This document shows, piece by piece, positions 1 to 10,317 of a stretch of DNA of 64,000 nucleotides (its first letter is position 1; every line of letters starts with the position of its first letter). The stretch comes from Leptonemataceae bacterium (lineage in GTDB: Bacteria > Spirochaetota > Leptospiria > Leptospirales > Leptonemataceae): positions 256,001 through 320,000 of the forward strand of contig OZ245742.1 in NCBI GenBank assembly GCA_965227295.1, given 5' to 3'. The notes under the pieces were generated by a model. It had not been told where the DNA came from and ran no database searches. It was given only the letters and a program-made list of their open reading frames with translations. Made by a program: the position numbers and the translations under genes.

Positions 1-182
1 TTGGCCTTCGCCGCGAGATCCGGGCCGCCGCCGGGGGCCACGCGCTCCGCGGCCTCTTCGATGGTTTTGTAGGCCTTGAATTCCGGCGCGAAGGGGACGG
101 CACCGAACATGGTACTGCATAGTTTTACGGAAAGATCGCCTTCGTTGTATTCTGCGAGTTTGCTCTCGAGCTTGCTGGACAT
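1..182 (-). CDS. Partial hypothetical protein (runs off window), paralog of the soluble part of 362..1594
   Basis: ATG at 182 preceded by CAGGAG; reads MSSKLESKLAEYNEGDLSVKLCSTMFGAVPFAPEF, matching VEFKEDDLTVKLCGALFSVMPFAPDF in the neighbour. Confidence 0.8.
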   Translation of the reverse strand, partial: MSSKLESKLAEYNEGDLSVKLCSTMFGAVPFAPEFKAYKTIEEAAERVAPGGGPDLAAKA

Positions 183-361
183 GGAATGCTCCTGTATTGC
201 GTGAAGTAGTTCGACAATAACATCCACGGCCGCGCTAATCTGTAAAACAAAAATCAGTTCGCGAATTCGCAGGAAATATCTTGATCTATTTACGCAAACC
301 TTTCGAAGTTCGTAAACGCAGCGAGTGCTGATATTCGTACAGGCGAGAAGGAGATAAAACT

Positions 362-1594
362 ATGGCGCTGACTTCCCGTGGAACCGGATGGGAGATCTTA
401 CAAACGTGGTACGTGCTTTTGACGCTGCCGTTCGGCCTCTTGAGCTGGGCCGCGTTCTTCTACACCGGCTTTCGTGCCGGTCGCTGGAAGTGGTACGCGG
501 CGGGCCTCTTCTACCTCGTCTGGTTCGTGGCGTTCATTTATTTGACCGACCGCTATCCCTCCGAGGAAGACCGCGCGAACGTCCCCTGGTTCGACGGTTT
601 CATGTGGGGTTACATGTTGTCGTGGATCGGATCGATCATTCACTCGCTCATCATTCGCAAAGAATTTCTGCTGCACCTGGACGCCCGCTCCACGAAGAAA
701 GAGCAGAAGACCGATCACATGAAGTCCGCCGTGCAGGCGCAGTACGGGCTCTCCGGCAATCGCGTGGACGAGATGCTCGTCGAGTTCAAAGAAGACGATC
801 TCACCGTAAAACTCTGCGGCGCGTTGTTCAGCGTCATGCCCTTCGCCCCGGACTTTCGCTTTTATCATAACCTGCGCGGTGCGACGGATCGTGCCGGCGG
901 GGACGACCAGGTCTACGAACGCGCGAAGATGCTCGCCACCCGCGACGAATTCGCCGGCGCCACGAAGGTCGTGCGCGGCCTCGACATGGTGGACTCCGGC
1001 CTGGGGATTTATACGGGCTTCAAGAACGTTTACGAACACGTAAAAGAGAAAGACCGCCCGCGCACCTTCGAAGCGGACCCGCAGCAGGCCGCCGACGCCG
1101 CGGTAAAGTTACTCGGCATCGCGTACATGGTCGCGACGCTCTTTCCCGGCGGCGTCAGCGAGAAGGTATCGCAGTTTTTGCAAACGAAAGCCGGCAAAGA
1201 GTTAGCGATCTACTACGCCGGCGTGGAAGTGGCCCTCCCGTTTACGGACAATCTCATGGAAGGCGGCGCCGATCTCGTGGATCGCATCCTGGCCGCGCAA
1301 CCGGGCGATGTCGAACAAAAGTTCGCGGAGTTTTCCGGCGGCACGCCCCTCGACGACGCGCGGCCGGTACTCATGCAACTTAAGGATCAGATCACCGGGC
1401 TCTTATCCCAGGTGAAGATGTACGTGGATCCACTGACCGAACGTGTAAAAACGTTCGTGCCCCAGGCCATGAACGTCGCCGACTCGGCCACGGGAGCAGT
1501 CGCGACGGGACTCGATATGATGCCGACGTATCGTTTCCTCGGTGCGCGGCTGGCGGCGGAGGCGGCCGTGTTGCGGGCGCAGCGGGGGGAGTGA
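362..1594 (+). CDS. Hypothetical protein with N-terminal membrane segments
   Basis: 410-aa ORF, AAGGAG RBS, about three hydrophobic helices at the N-terminus. Confidence 0.85.
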   Translation: MALTSRGTGWEILQTWYVLLTLPFGLLSWAAFFYTGFRAGRWKWYAAGLFYLVWFVAFIYLTDRYPSEEDRANVPWFDGFMWGYMLSWIGSIIHSLIIRKEFLLHLDARSTKKEQKTDHMKSAVQAQYGLSGNRVDEMLVEFKEDDLTVKLCGALFSVMPFAPDFRFYHNLRGATDRAGGDDQVYERAKMLATRDEFAGATKVVRGLDMVDSGLGIYTGFKNVYEHVKEKDRPRTFEADPQQAADAAVKLLGIAYMVATLFPGGVSEKVSQFLQTKAGKELAIYYAGVEVALPFTDNLMEGGADLVDRILAAQPGDVEQKFAEFSGGTPLDDARPVLMQLKDQITGLLSQVKMYVDPLTERVKTFVPQAMNVADSATGAVATGLDMMPTYRFLGARLAAEAAVLRAQRGE

Positions 1595-1618
1595 GGGCGC
1601 GCCCCCGCCTTCACGAAC

Positions 1619-2671
1619 TCACGAACGCTCGCGAATGTAGGCGACTGTATCCCGCAGCGTAACTTCCGGTGAACGCGGGTTAAACCCCAGTTCCCGCTCC
1701 GCCCGCGACGATTCGATGTACCAGAAGTAGTTCGCCATGTCGGCGGACACCGGATCGACGCCGTCCACCGGGGATTTCGCCCGGCCTCCGGAACCGCGAT
1801 CCACGAAGCGCGCGAAACCGGAGAGCAAACGTGCGCCGGCTACGGAAAGCTTCGGGTGTAGCTCCACGTTCGGCGCCTTCACACCGCTGATGCGCTCCAG
1901 CAGATTCATGTACTCCCGAAACGGCAGGTTGGCCGCGCCGAGCAACCAGGTACGATACGGGCCGCCGTTCTCGCCGTCGGTCTTAACTTTTTTCGATGGA
2001 ATCTTAGCCGCCGCCAGGCTTGCCGCGGCAATGTCCCGGGCATCCACGAAGGAAAGCCCCCCCGCGGGAATGCCCGGGATACCGCGATCGAGGAACTGCT
2101 TCACGTCGCCGGTGCTCGAGAACTCGGCGTCCCCCGGCCCCAGGGCGAGACTCGGCCGCAGAATCGACAGCGTGCGCTCGTGTTCCCGGGACCAGGCAAT
2201 GGCAAGTTTTTCCTGGTAGATTTTGGATGAATAGTACGGCCAGCGGAGCGCCGGTTCGAGAGCGTAGGGTGCGTCATCGTCCACCGGTCGGGGTTTCTCG
2301 GAAATGCCCACGGTGCCGCTCGTGGACATGAGCACCACGCGTTCCACGCTTGAGTCCAGAACGGCGTCGAGGAGTCGGCGCGTCCCGTCCACGTGCAACA
2401 TCATCATGCGTCGACGCGACCCGGCGTCGTCGCTGCGATGGACGGCCCCGGCGAGATGAAACAACACGCTTGTTTCGCGCAGGAATTGCGCCAGGTCTTC
2501 GGCGTTCGTAAGATCGCCGCGCACGTACTCCAGGCGTTCGTCGCCCGCAAACTCGTCGATGCGACGACCGCTGCTCGTTAAGATGCGCACCCGCGCGTCG
2601 TCTTCCGCGAGCAGACATCGCACCAGTTCGCGTCCGATGAATCCGTTGCCGCCTGTGACTGCATATATCAT
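1619..2671 (-). CDS. NAD-dependent epimerase/dehydratase (extended SDR)
   Basis: TGGNGFIG Rossmann motif, HLAG, YYSSK (YxxxK); start taken at MIYAVTGG. Confidence 0.9.
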   Translation of the reverse strand: MIYAVTGGNGFIGRELVRCLLAEDDARVRILTSSGRRIDEFAGDERLEYVRGDLTNAEDLAQFLRETSVLFHLAGAVHRSDDAGSRRRMMMLHVDGTRRLLDAVLDSSVERVVLMSTSGTVGISEKPRPVDDDAPYALEPALRWPYYSSKIYQEKLAIAWSREHERTLSILRPSLALGPGDAEFSSTGDVKQFLDRGIPGIPAGGLSFVDARDIAAASLAAAKIPSKKVKTDGENGGPYRTWLLGAANLPFREYMNLLERISGVKAPNVELHPKLSVAGARLLSGFARFVDRGSGGRAKSPVDGVDPVSADMANYFWYIESSRAERELGFNPRSPEVTLRDTVAYIRERS

Positions 2672-2684
2672 ATCAACATCCCAC

Positions 2685-4346
2685 TTAAAGTTGGTCCCGC
2701 ACGTAGCGCGCGTACCGTAGCCCGCTTTCATAGAGAATCATGAAAATCGTATAGCTCATGAGCGCGGACAAAAAGGCATGCAACGTTTGCTGGTACTCGA
2801 TGAAGCGCGTGACGCTGTAGCTGTGCGTCATGGCCACCGCCACGATCACCGCCCCGGCGCACACTGCCAGGACCAAAACGTCACGTACGAGCACGACGAG
2901 CACCGCGTCGCGCAGAAAGATGGGGCCGTACCTCCGCAGCCAGGCCGCGCCAATCAGCGCGACACCGGAGAAAAATAACAGCCAGCGCCCGAAGTACGCC
3001 GCGTCCAACAACGTACGCATCCCGGCCGTAAACGGCGGCGCCGCCGGCACCGGATGCACGAAGTCCGTCGCGGCCAGCTCCGCGCTGCGCTCACAGAATT
3101 TCGCCAACCGCGTCCCGGACGCACAACCGCGTTCCGCACACATTTGATCGCACACGAACGTATCGTACGTATGACGCCGAACCTTCTCGTTATCTACAAG
3201 TCGATCTTCCGCAAAGAAAAACCGCAGTTCGTTCACGACTCGCCGCGCGTAACGCCCCGGCTCCGCCCACAGTGCGCGCCGGACATAGTCCCGGTAGACG
3301 TCCGCCACGCGCTCCGGCGGATACTTCTCGGACAAAAAGCTTGAGTCATAGCGGTCGTCGTAGATCAGGATCTCCGGATTGTAACCGGTCAGAGGAAAGC
3401 CGCCCGCCGGATGAGCCCGGCCGCCGGAAACGCGGCGCAGTAATTCCTTAAGTTCTTCTCGATTTATGTTTATCGTTTGCGAGTGTTCCAGGTCTTCGCG
3501 CAGCAGCGGCTCGATGGCCGCGGCATTAAAGGCAAAGAGCATCTGCGACGCATACATTTTTGAGGCGGGGTCCTTCGCGGCCAGGTGGCGTTCCGGCAGG
3601 AGGATTATGCCGGCGGCGAGCACGGCGCCCAGGAGGACCGGCAAGAGCGGCCTGGTCTCGAAGCGCAACCCTGGTTCGTCGGCGGTTCCGGGACGCACGA
3701 CGGCAACCACCCCGACCAGAGACAACACCGCCGGAACAAGAAAACCCAGAGACGGCTTGATCACGTACCCCGCGCAGGCCAGCAACATCATCCACAGACA
3801 TTCGGCGTAAAAGCGCGGAGAACCCCGGCCGCGTGCATCCAGGGCCGCGTTGTAAGCGATGAACCGCCCGAGAAAGAACACCAGCGCGCTCAGATAAAAG
3901 ACCGCGAACGCCTCGGTGAGAGCCGTGTACTCGTAGTAGATCAAAGAAGGCGAGAGCGCTGTCACGCTGACTACGGCGAGACCCAGGCCGCGATGTACGA
4001 GAGCGGGAACCAACCGCGCCCCCGGCTCACGGTAGCGTTCCCACGCTAACATTAATAAAATACAACCTGACAATCCCAGGCAGCGCTGAATGACGGTGAG
4101 GGTACCGAAATCCCCCGCGGCCAGAGCGGCGGCCACAAAGAGTCCATAACCGTACGGGCGGGCGTTCCGATGTCGAAACTCTCCCTGCTCCAATAAATCC
4201 AGGGCCGGCAGAATGTAGCCGGTGCTGTCCGGTTCCAAAAAGGGCGTCGCTACCGGGGACAGCCGCATGCCGGCGCCGAACAGGAGCAGCACGGCCACGG
4301 CCGCGAAGTAGCCGTAGCCGACCCACTGGACCATTCTGCGTTTCAC
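2685..4346 (-). CDS. Polytopic membrane protein, possibly GT-C glycosyltransferase-like
   Basis: 553-aa ORF with many TM helices; PDSTGY...RPYGY loop and LTE motif resemble ArnT/PMT-like proteins. Confidence 0.65.
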   Translation of the reverse strand: MKRRMVQWVGYGYFAAVAVLLLFGAGMRLSPVATPFLEPDSTGYILPALDLLEQGEFRHRNARPYGYGLFVAAALAAGDFGTLTVIQRCLGLSGCILLMLAWERYREPGARLVPALVHRGLGLAVVSVTALSPSLIYYEYTALTEAFAVFYLSALVFFLGRFIAYNAALDARGRGSPRFYAECLWMMLLACAGYVIKPSLGFLVPAVLSLVGVVAVVRPGTADEPGLRFETRPLLPVLLGAVLAAGIILLPERHLAAKDPASKMYASQMLFAFNAAAIEPLLREDLEHSQTININREELKELLRRVSGGRAHPAGGFPLTGYNPEILIYDDRYDSSFLSEKYPPERVADVYRDYVRRALWAEPGRYARRVVNELRFFFAEDRLVDNEKVRRHTYDTFVCDQMCAERGCASGTRLAKFCERSAELAATDFVHPVPAAPPFTAGMRTLLDAAYFGRWLLFFSGVALIGAAWLRRYGPIFLRDAVLVVLVRDVLVLAVCAGAVIVAVAMTHSYSVTRFIEYQQTLHAFLSALMSYTIFMILYESGLRYARYVRDQL

Positions 4347-5122
4347 GAGGACTGGTCCTCCGAAAACCGGAGGCGGCAGGACAGCGCGCGCAGCTCCAGG
4401 CTCACGGCACGAATGCGCAGCATGGACTCATCGCGCAGCTCCACGACGAAGCCGCTGCTCGTTGTTGTCGTAACAGCTTCCATCACACCGCCCGGCCATG
4501 CTCGTTCAAAGCGCAGGCCCGGCGACGTCACGCTTTTGAAGTCGACCCAGCCGTGGCGCGCATCGTAGGTGAAGCCCAGGTCCCGCGCCGGTTGATACTC
4601 TTCGTCGTACAGTCGCAGTCGCCTTAACTGTAACCGGGCGCAACTTTGTCGAACCGGCACGAACGACAGCAGCCCTGGCTCCACGGCTTGCTGTAACTCA
4701 AAACGCACGGTGAACCAATCGTCCTCCACGGCGATGCTTGTCTCGGTCGTCTGTAGCGGCCCGTACCGGCGCTGCCCGGACGGCGTCGCCGCTGGCTGCA
4801 CTTCGGCGTACTGAAAGATGGCGGATTCGGAATAATCCAGCGTGCGCGCGGCCCACCAGCGCGCGCCGAGCACGACGCCGACAATCAATGCAATGCCCGT
4901 CACTGTCGTCGCCCACAACCGGCGTCGGTCGCGGCGGCGCTCTTCCGGGCCGCGATTTTCCCGGCGCCGGCGAACATAAGCCTCGTTCGCGGCGTGCCAC
5001 TGCGCCCAGGCTTCCGGCGGTACACCGTCGCCGCGGCCGTCCCGGCGCAGGACCTCGGCGCGGCGCAGGACCTCGGCGCGGCGCAGCGCAAGGCGGCGCT
5101 GCTCCAGTTCCGCCCGGGTCAT
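4343..5122 (-). CDS. Hypothetical single-TM protein
   Basis: Stop overlaps start of next gene; one hydrophobic segment; start uncertain. Confidence 0.6.
   Translation of the reverse strand: MTRAELEQRRLALRRAEVLRRAEVLRRDGRGDGVPPEAWAQWHAANEAYVRRRRENRGPEERRRDRRRLWATTVTGIALIVGVVLGARWWAARTLDYSESAIFQYAEVQPAATPSGQRRYGPLQTTETSIAVEDDWFTVRFELQQAVEPGLLSFVPVRQSCARLQLRRLRLYDEEYQPARDLGFTYDARHGWVDFKSVTSPGLRFERAWPGGVMEAVTTTTSSGFVVELRDESMLRIRAVSLELRALSCRLRFSEDQSS
5043..5086. repeat. 18-bp tandem repeat (about 2.4 copies) encoding RRAEVL
   Basis: cggcgcaggacctcggcg x2 plus cggcgcag. Confidence 0.8.
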
Positions 5123-5321
5123 AGACAATTTTTGCTTTTCTTGCACTATATTTAACGCGCACTTCCGGTCGTCGTCGGCACGAGCTGAGCCGGGACCGGG
5201 GGTACTGATGAGCGCTGCCGTTTCTTTTCGCGAGCATTTTTCCCGGATGCCGCGCATTACACCGTGTCAGCCCGAGGATCGGGCTTGACCGGGAACTTCG
5301 CGCCGGGCACGTACCGATAAC

Positions 5322-7004
5322 GTGCGCACCTGGATCGTGTTGTTCTTCGCTCTGCGGATGCTCGTCATCTCGGCGATCGTCTACAACGTAACGCGGTTTC
5401 TGCCGACGGACCTCAGGTCCAGGCTCCGCTATCGGCGCACGCTGCACGGCGCGCGCATGCTGGCGAGTTTCTGTCTGCGTCGCGGCGGCATCTTCCTCAA
5501 GGCCGCGCAGTACTTCTCCACCATCTCGAATCTTTTCGACGCCGAGTTCACCGAGATCTTCGCCGGCGTTCCCGATCGCGCGGAGCCCCAGCCGTACGAA
5601 AAAGTCCGCTATCGTTTTCGCGCGGAGTTCAACGCCGATCCCGAGGAACTCTTCCTGGAATTCGACCGGCGTCCGCTGGCGGCGGCATCCCTGGGACAGG
5701 TTCACGTGGGCCGGATCAAAGACGGTCGCAAGGTCGCCGTGAAGTTCTTGCATCCGAAAATGGAAAGTCTCATTCGCCGGGACCTGCGCGCGCTGAAGTA
5801 CGCCGTCGCGCTCATCCGCTGGTTCTACGGTCATCTCGATTTCCGCGGACACCTCAACGAATTCTCCAACATGATCCAGATGGAGATCGATTATCAGAAC
5901 GAGGCCGAAAACATGCGGCGGGTTCGAGACAACTTCGAGGATGACCCGCGCATCATCGTGCCGGCGGTCATCGACGAACTGAGCCGGTCCACGGTCCTCA
6001 CCACGGAGTACATTGAGGGCATTCCCATTTCGAAGATCGATCAGCTCGATCGTTACGGCGTGGATCGCCGCGCGGTGACCGAACTGCTCGTCGAGGCCTA
6101 CTCGCGCATGATCTTCGAGCATCGCTTTTATCATGCCGATCCCCACGCCGGTAACATCTTCGTGCTCACCGCCGACGCCCTGCATCCGGAGCGCCTGGCC
6201 TTCGTGGACTTCGGCGCCACCCAGATGGTCACCGAAACCATGATGGACACGATGCAGCGGGCCATTGAGATCATGCGGGCCCGGGACATTCAGGCTCTGG
6301 TTCAGTTAGCTTTCGATGCGGGGATCTTAAGGGACGACGCCGACCGCGAGACCTACACGAACCTTACGGAGTTGATCTACGCGCGGCACAGTTCGTTTAA
6401 GCTGGACGAACACTATCGCATCAACCCCGTGCGTTTCGGCCGCATCATCAAGGTCCGGGACCTGGCCGGTGTCGGCCTGCGCCTGCGCGAACTGATCGCC
6501 CAGATTAAGTTACCGCGAAAGTACATTTACCTGGGGCGGACGCTTACATTGATTCTATCTCAGGCCCAGCGCCTGGACGAACGCGTAAACGTCTTTCGCA
6601 CCGCCCGCCCCCACGTGGATCGTTACCTGGGTCTCAAGCGCCGCGGCATTGCGGCGTACTTACGAAAGCGCGGCTGGTCGAAGTTTCTCGATCGGTTGCA
6701 GAATCCCGCGGCGGTGGCGGTGGAAGCCTACGGTTCCACGGGCGCGTTACAAAACGAACGCGAGCGCGCGCGACTGTATTACAGCCTGGGCCAGCAGGCT
6801 TTGTTCTCGGCACTCGGCCTCGGCTTTGCCGGTCTCGGCGTCTGGCTGCAGTTGCAAATCGGCACCGCGGACTTCACGGCGGGTGCGATGATCATCATCG
6901 GCGGCGCGGGACTCGAGGTTTGGGCGGAACGTTGTTTTTATGCGGCCGGGGCGTGCTTTGCGTTTGTGTTGTATCGCATGTGGCGGAGTCGCCGAACACG
7001 ATAG
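5322..7004 (+). CDS. AarF/ABC1/UbiB atypical kinase family protein
   Basis: FLKAAQ, PLAAASLGQVH, VAVK, HADPHAGN, DFG motifs; C-terminal TM helices. Confidence 0.92.
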   Translation: MRTWIVLFFALRMLVISAIVYNVTRFLPTDLRSRLRYRRTLHGARMLASFCLRRGGIFLKAAQYFSTISNLFDAEFTEIFAGVPDRAEPQPYEKVRYRFRAEFNADPEELFLEFDRRPLAAASLGQVHVGRIKDGRKVAVKFLHPKMESLIRRDLRALKYAVALIRWFYGHLDFRGHLNEFSNMIQMEIDYQNEAENMRRVRDNFEDDPRIIVPAVIDELSRSTVLTTEYIEGIPISKIDQLDRYGVDRRAVTELLVEAYSRMIFEHRFYHADPHAGNIFVLTADALHPERLAFVDFGATQMVTETMMDTMQRAIEIMRARDIQALVQLAFDAGILRDDADRETYTNLTELIYARHSSFKLDEHYRINPVRFGRIIKVRDLAGVGLRLRELIAQIKLPRKYIYLGRTLTLILSQAQRLDERVNVFRTARPHVDRYLGLKRRGIAAYLRKRGWSKFLDRLQNPAAVAVEAYGSTGALQNERERARLYYSLGQQALFSALGLGFAGLGVWLQLQIGTADFTAGAMIIIGGAGLEVWAERCFYAAGACFAFVLYRMWRSRRTR

Positions 7005-7040
7005 TCGCAAAAGGCGCGAATCCGTATCCGCCCCGCGGAT

Positions 7041-7406
7041 AGAGCGGGGCTCCGGGGTGCGAATTCGCTTCCTGGATCTTTACGACGAAGACGCCGTTCG
7101 GTGCGCCGTACCACATTCCCCGGCATGACCTCCGTTCGTCAGTTGGAACCAGCCGTCCCCATACAAGGCTTAATGTACACTCACCGCCACTTACACCACG
7201 ATCCGGGGCGTCCGCGAACAACCGATACATTTCTGGTAGTTCAAGAGCTGCAGTTCGCTACCGCCGTCGTGAGAAACATGGAGTAAGTTGCAGTATAGTG
7301 AAGGGGATTTTTTGGCTACAGCTTTGCGGGAGTTGTGGATTTTCGTTTTGTTAAGAATGCTGCGTTCGACCCGGGACGCTGCTTATGCGACTCAGCTACC
7401 GCAACG
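7041..7406 (+). repeat. Dispersed long structured repeat, copy with order leader-B-A
   Basis: Homologous to 41758..42621 (leader gagcggg..gtgcg.attcgcttc.tgga; gacgaagacgccgt; ggtagttcaagagc; gcgactcagctacc). Confidence 0.85.
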
Positions 7407-7410
7407 TGAC

Positions 7411-8247
7411 TCACGAATCACGCAACGCGCGGTTCAGATTCCCGCTCACAAAGCCGCCGAGATCCAGCGCCACGTGCAAGAAGCCGAGCTTGCGTAATTC
7501 CGCGACGACCTTCACGCGGGTTTCAGGCTCCACCAGGCGCGGCACATCGTCCTCGCGCACTTCAATGCGCGCCGTTTGATCGTGATGGCGCACGCGAAAT
7601 TCTTTGAATCCCAACGCGAACAACACGTTCTCCGCGCGCTCGATCTGTGAAAGTTTTTCGACGCTCACGGACATGCCGTACGGAATGCGCGACGCCAGAC
7701 ACGGCGAGGCGGGTTTGTCCCAGATGCGCAGATTGCGCGCGCGGGCCAGAGCGCGCACGTCTTCTTTCGTGAGGCCCAGCTCCAACAACGGCGAACTCAC
7801 CGCGGCTTCTTTGGCCGCGAGCATGCCGGGACGATGATCGCCGGCGTCGTCGGCGTTCGCACCGTTCACCACGACCAGCGGCTCCGGGCCGCGCCAATCG
7901 TTCTTCACGGTGCGCAAAATTTGATACAGCTCCGTTTTGCAATGATAACAACGATCCCCGGCGTTCGCGACGTAGCCCGGTCGTTCGATCTCGTGCGATT
8001 CCACGAAACGATGCGGGGCGCCGATCTCGGCCGCGATCTCCGCGGCGATGCGGCGTTCCCGCTCCGGCACGGCGGCGGAGAGCGCGGTCACTCCCAGCAC
8101 GTTTTCACGGCCCAGGGCCTCACAGGCGGCCAGCAACACGAAGGCACTGTCGATGCCGCCGGAGTACGCAACGATCACTCCGCCGTACTCACGAAACCAG
8201 GCGAGCAGTTCTGCGTAGCGCTCTTCTGTTGTGACGATGCGATTCAT
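7411..8247 (-). CDS. larE: ATP-dependent sulfur transferase LarE
   Basis: PP-loop AYSGGIDS, RCYHCK, NADDAGDHRPG, WDKPASPCLASRIPYG, RVRHH; adjacent to larC/larB. Confidence 0.92.
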   Translation of the reverse strand: MNRIVTTEERYAELLAWFREYGGVIVAYSGGIDSAFVLLAACEALGRENVLGVTALSAAVPERERRIAAEIAAEIGAPHRFVESHEIERPGYVANAGDRCYHCKTELYQILRTVKNDWRGPEPLVVVNGANADDAGDHRPGMLAAKEAAVSSPLLELGLTKEDVRALARARNLRIWDKPASPCLASRIPYGMSVSVEKLSQIERAENVLFALGFKEFRVRHHDQTARIEVREDDVPRLVEPETRVKVVAELRKLGFLHVALDLGGFVSGNLNRALRDS

Positions 8248-8275
8248 GTTTGCGACAGTTGCCGGCGCACTGCTT

Positions 8276-9526
8276 TCAGGAAAGCCGTCGGCGTGCCGCC
8301 TCAAGCGCGGCGGCGTGCACCTCTTTCAGGGCGACGCCGTGTTCATCGGCGCGGCTCGCGCAATCATCGTACTCCGGCGCAAGATTGTAAACAGATTCCC
8401 GGGCCGCGTCGCGGCCGACCTTCACGCGGATGCTTCCGTACGCGGTCTCCACAACGATCGTTTCGCGCTGCAACTTACGCCGCTCCACGATTTCCCGGCG
8501 CACGCCGATGGTCGTCGTCTCGCGAAAGAGGACCTCCAGTACGGCGTCTTCATCTCCGGGCACGCACAACAAACTCAGCACCACGCCGGGACGATTCTTT
8601 TTCATCAGTACCGGGGTGCTCCAGACCTCCAGGGCCCCGGCGGCGTACAGGGCATCCACGGCCCGCCCGATCCATTGCGGACTGCTGTCGTCTAAGTTGC
8701 ACTCAAATCGTGTTACGATATCACCGAGGAATTGCTTCGTAGTTGCGGAGGATGCGGCAACGCCGATCGTAACGCGCAGGAGATTGGGCACATCCAGCGC
8801 ATGTTCTCCGGCGCCGTAGCCGATGTCATCGATGGACTGCAACGCCGGCAGCGCGCCGAAGATCGACTCCACGCCGGCCGCCCGGCCGAGTTCGGTGAAT
8901 GCCGCCAACAACGCCGCACCCGTGGGCGTCGTGAGTTCCTTTTGAATTTCGGAGGAATACACCGGCGCTCTGGCCGTGCGCAACAACGCCGCCGTGGCCG
9001 GCGCGGGGACCGGCATGAGTCCGTGACGACAGCGCACGGTACCGCTCCCCGTGTTGATCGCCGAGGCATGCACGCGCTCCACGCCCAGTTGTTCGAGACC
9101 GATCCAGGTCCCGCAGATGTCGACGATGGCGTCGACGGCGCCGACCTCGTGAAAGTGGATGCGATCCACCGTGGTGTTGTGAATCGCCGCCTCCGCCTCG
9201 CCGAGCAGTCGGAACGTGCGCAGGGCGTACCGCTTTACGTACTCCGACAGGGCGCTACCGCGAATGATTTTTTCAATGTCGCCCAGGCCGCGGTGGGGAT
9301 GGTGTTCATCACAGTGTACTTTCACCCGCGTTCCTGAGATGCCGTGCTCGACGATCTTTTCGCTTTCGATCTTCCAGCCGGAGACGCCCAGGGCACGTAA
9401 CTGCTCTTCCAGGTAAGTTAGCGACAAGCCGGCGTCGATCAGAGAGCCGAGCACCATGGAGCCGCAGATGCCGGCGGGACAGTCGAAGTAGGCGATGCGG
9501 CTTGTGCTATTCATACTGTGATTCAT
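8276..9526 (-). CDS. larC: Nickel-pincer cofactor cyclometallase LarC
   Basis: YFDCPAGICGSM, HFHEVGAVDAIVD, ELTTPTGAA, ECNLDD, MKKNRPG, ETTTIGVR, PEYDD; ATGA overlap with larB. Confidence 0.93.
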   Translation of the reverse strand: MNHSMNSTSRIAYFDCPAGICGSMVLGSLIDAGLSLTYLEEQLRALGVSGWKIESEKIVEHGISGTRVKVHCDEHHPHRGLGDIEKIIRGSALSEYVKRYALRTFRLLGEAEAAIHNTTVDRIHFHEVGAVDAIVDICGTWIGLEQLGVERVHASAINTGSGTVRCRHGLMPVPAPATAALLRTARAPVYSSEIQKELTTPTGAALLAAFTELGRAAGVESIFGALPALQSIDDIGYGAGEHALDVPNLLRVTIGVAASSATTKQFLGDIVTRFECNLDDSSPQWIGRAVDALYAAGALEVWSTPVLMKKNRPGVVLSLLCVPGDEDAVLEVLFRETTTIGVRREIVERRKLQRETIVVETAYGSIRVKVGRDAARESVYNLAPEYDDCASRADEHGVALKEVHAAALEAARRRLS

Positions 9527-10305
9527 GGGACCGGTGCCTCGCTGATCGTCGCCGCCAGGTAACCGGCGCCGAAGCCGTTGTCGATATTCACCACGGCCAC
9601 GCCCGGCGAGCAACTGTTGAGCATGGCAAGCAACGCACTGAGTCCGCCGAAGGCAGCGCCGTAGCCCGTGGATACCGGCACCGCAATCAACGGCGCGCGC
9701 ACGAGCCCGGCGATGACCGACGGCAACGCCCCGTCCATGCCGGCGCAGACCACGAGCACCCGTGCCGCACGCAGGCGATCCAGGTTCGCCAGCGTGCGAT
9801 GGAGTCCGGCCACGCCGACGTCGTAGATGCGTTCGACACGTCGGCCGAAAACCTCGGCGGTAACCGCTGCTTCTTCGGCGACCGGTACATCCGAAGTTCC
9901 GGCCGCGGCCACGCAGACTAGGCCGGAGCGCTCGTCCACGGGACGCCGCCTGCCGACTAACATCATTCGCGCGTCAGTTAGATGTTCCGCGTTCGGGGCG
10001 ACTTCGAGGATCGCGGCGGCGTGTTCGGGCTGCACGCGACTGACCAGGACCAGTTCCTCCTGCTCGCGAAATACCTGTACGATCCGCGCAACCTGGGCCG
10101 GAGTTTTGCCCTCGCACAGAATCGTCTCCGGATAGCCGCGACGACGGGAGCGGTCGGTGTCGATGCGGGCAAAGCCCAGGTCCGTGAATCCGGGATCCGC
10201 CGCGGACGACTGCGGCAGGCCGGCAAGTTCTTGCAGGGCCGCGTTCACGTCGCTGCGACCGGCGGCGACGTCGTTCAGGAGCTTGCGCAGTTCATCGGTA
10301 TTCAT
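9523..10305 (-). CDS. larB: NaAD carboxylase/hydrolase LarB
   Basis: GYPETILCEGKT, AGTSD, DVGVAGLHR, AGMDGALPS, VPVSTGYG, AMLNSC, VVNIDNGFGAG. Confidence 0.95.
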   Translation of the reverse strand: MNTDELRKLLNDVAAGRSDVNAALQELAGLPQSSAADPGFTDLGFARIDTDRSRRRGYPETILCEGKTPAQVARIVQVFREQEELVLVSRVQPEHAAAILEVAPNAEHLTDARMMLVGRRRPVDERSGLVCVAAAGTSDVPVAEEAAVTAEVFGRRVERIYDVGVAGLHRTLANLDRLRAARVLVVCAGMDGALPSVIAGLVRAPLIAVPVSTGYGAAFGGLSALLAMLNSCSPGVAVVNIDNGFGAGYLAATISEAPVP

Positions 10306-10317
10306 GCGTAAATCTGA

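Noticed and set aside
4698-6185. 495-aa minus-strand ORF
   Set aside because: Shadow of the AarF gene and an off-frame reading of its neighbour
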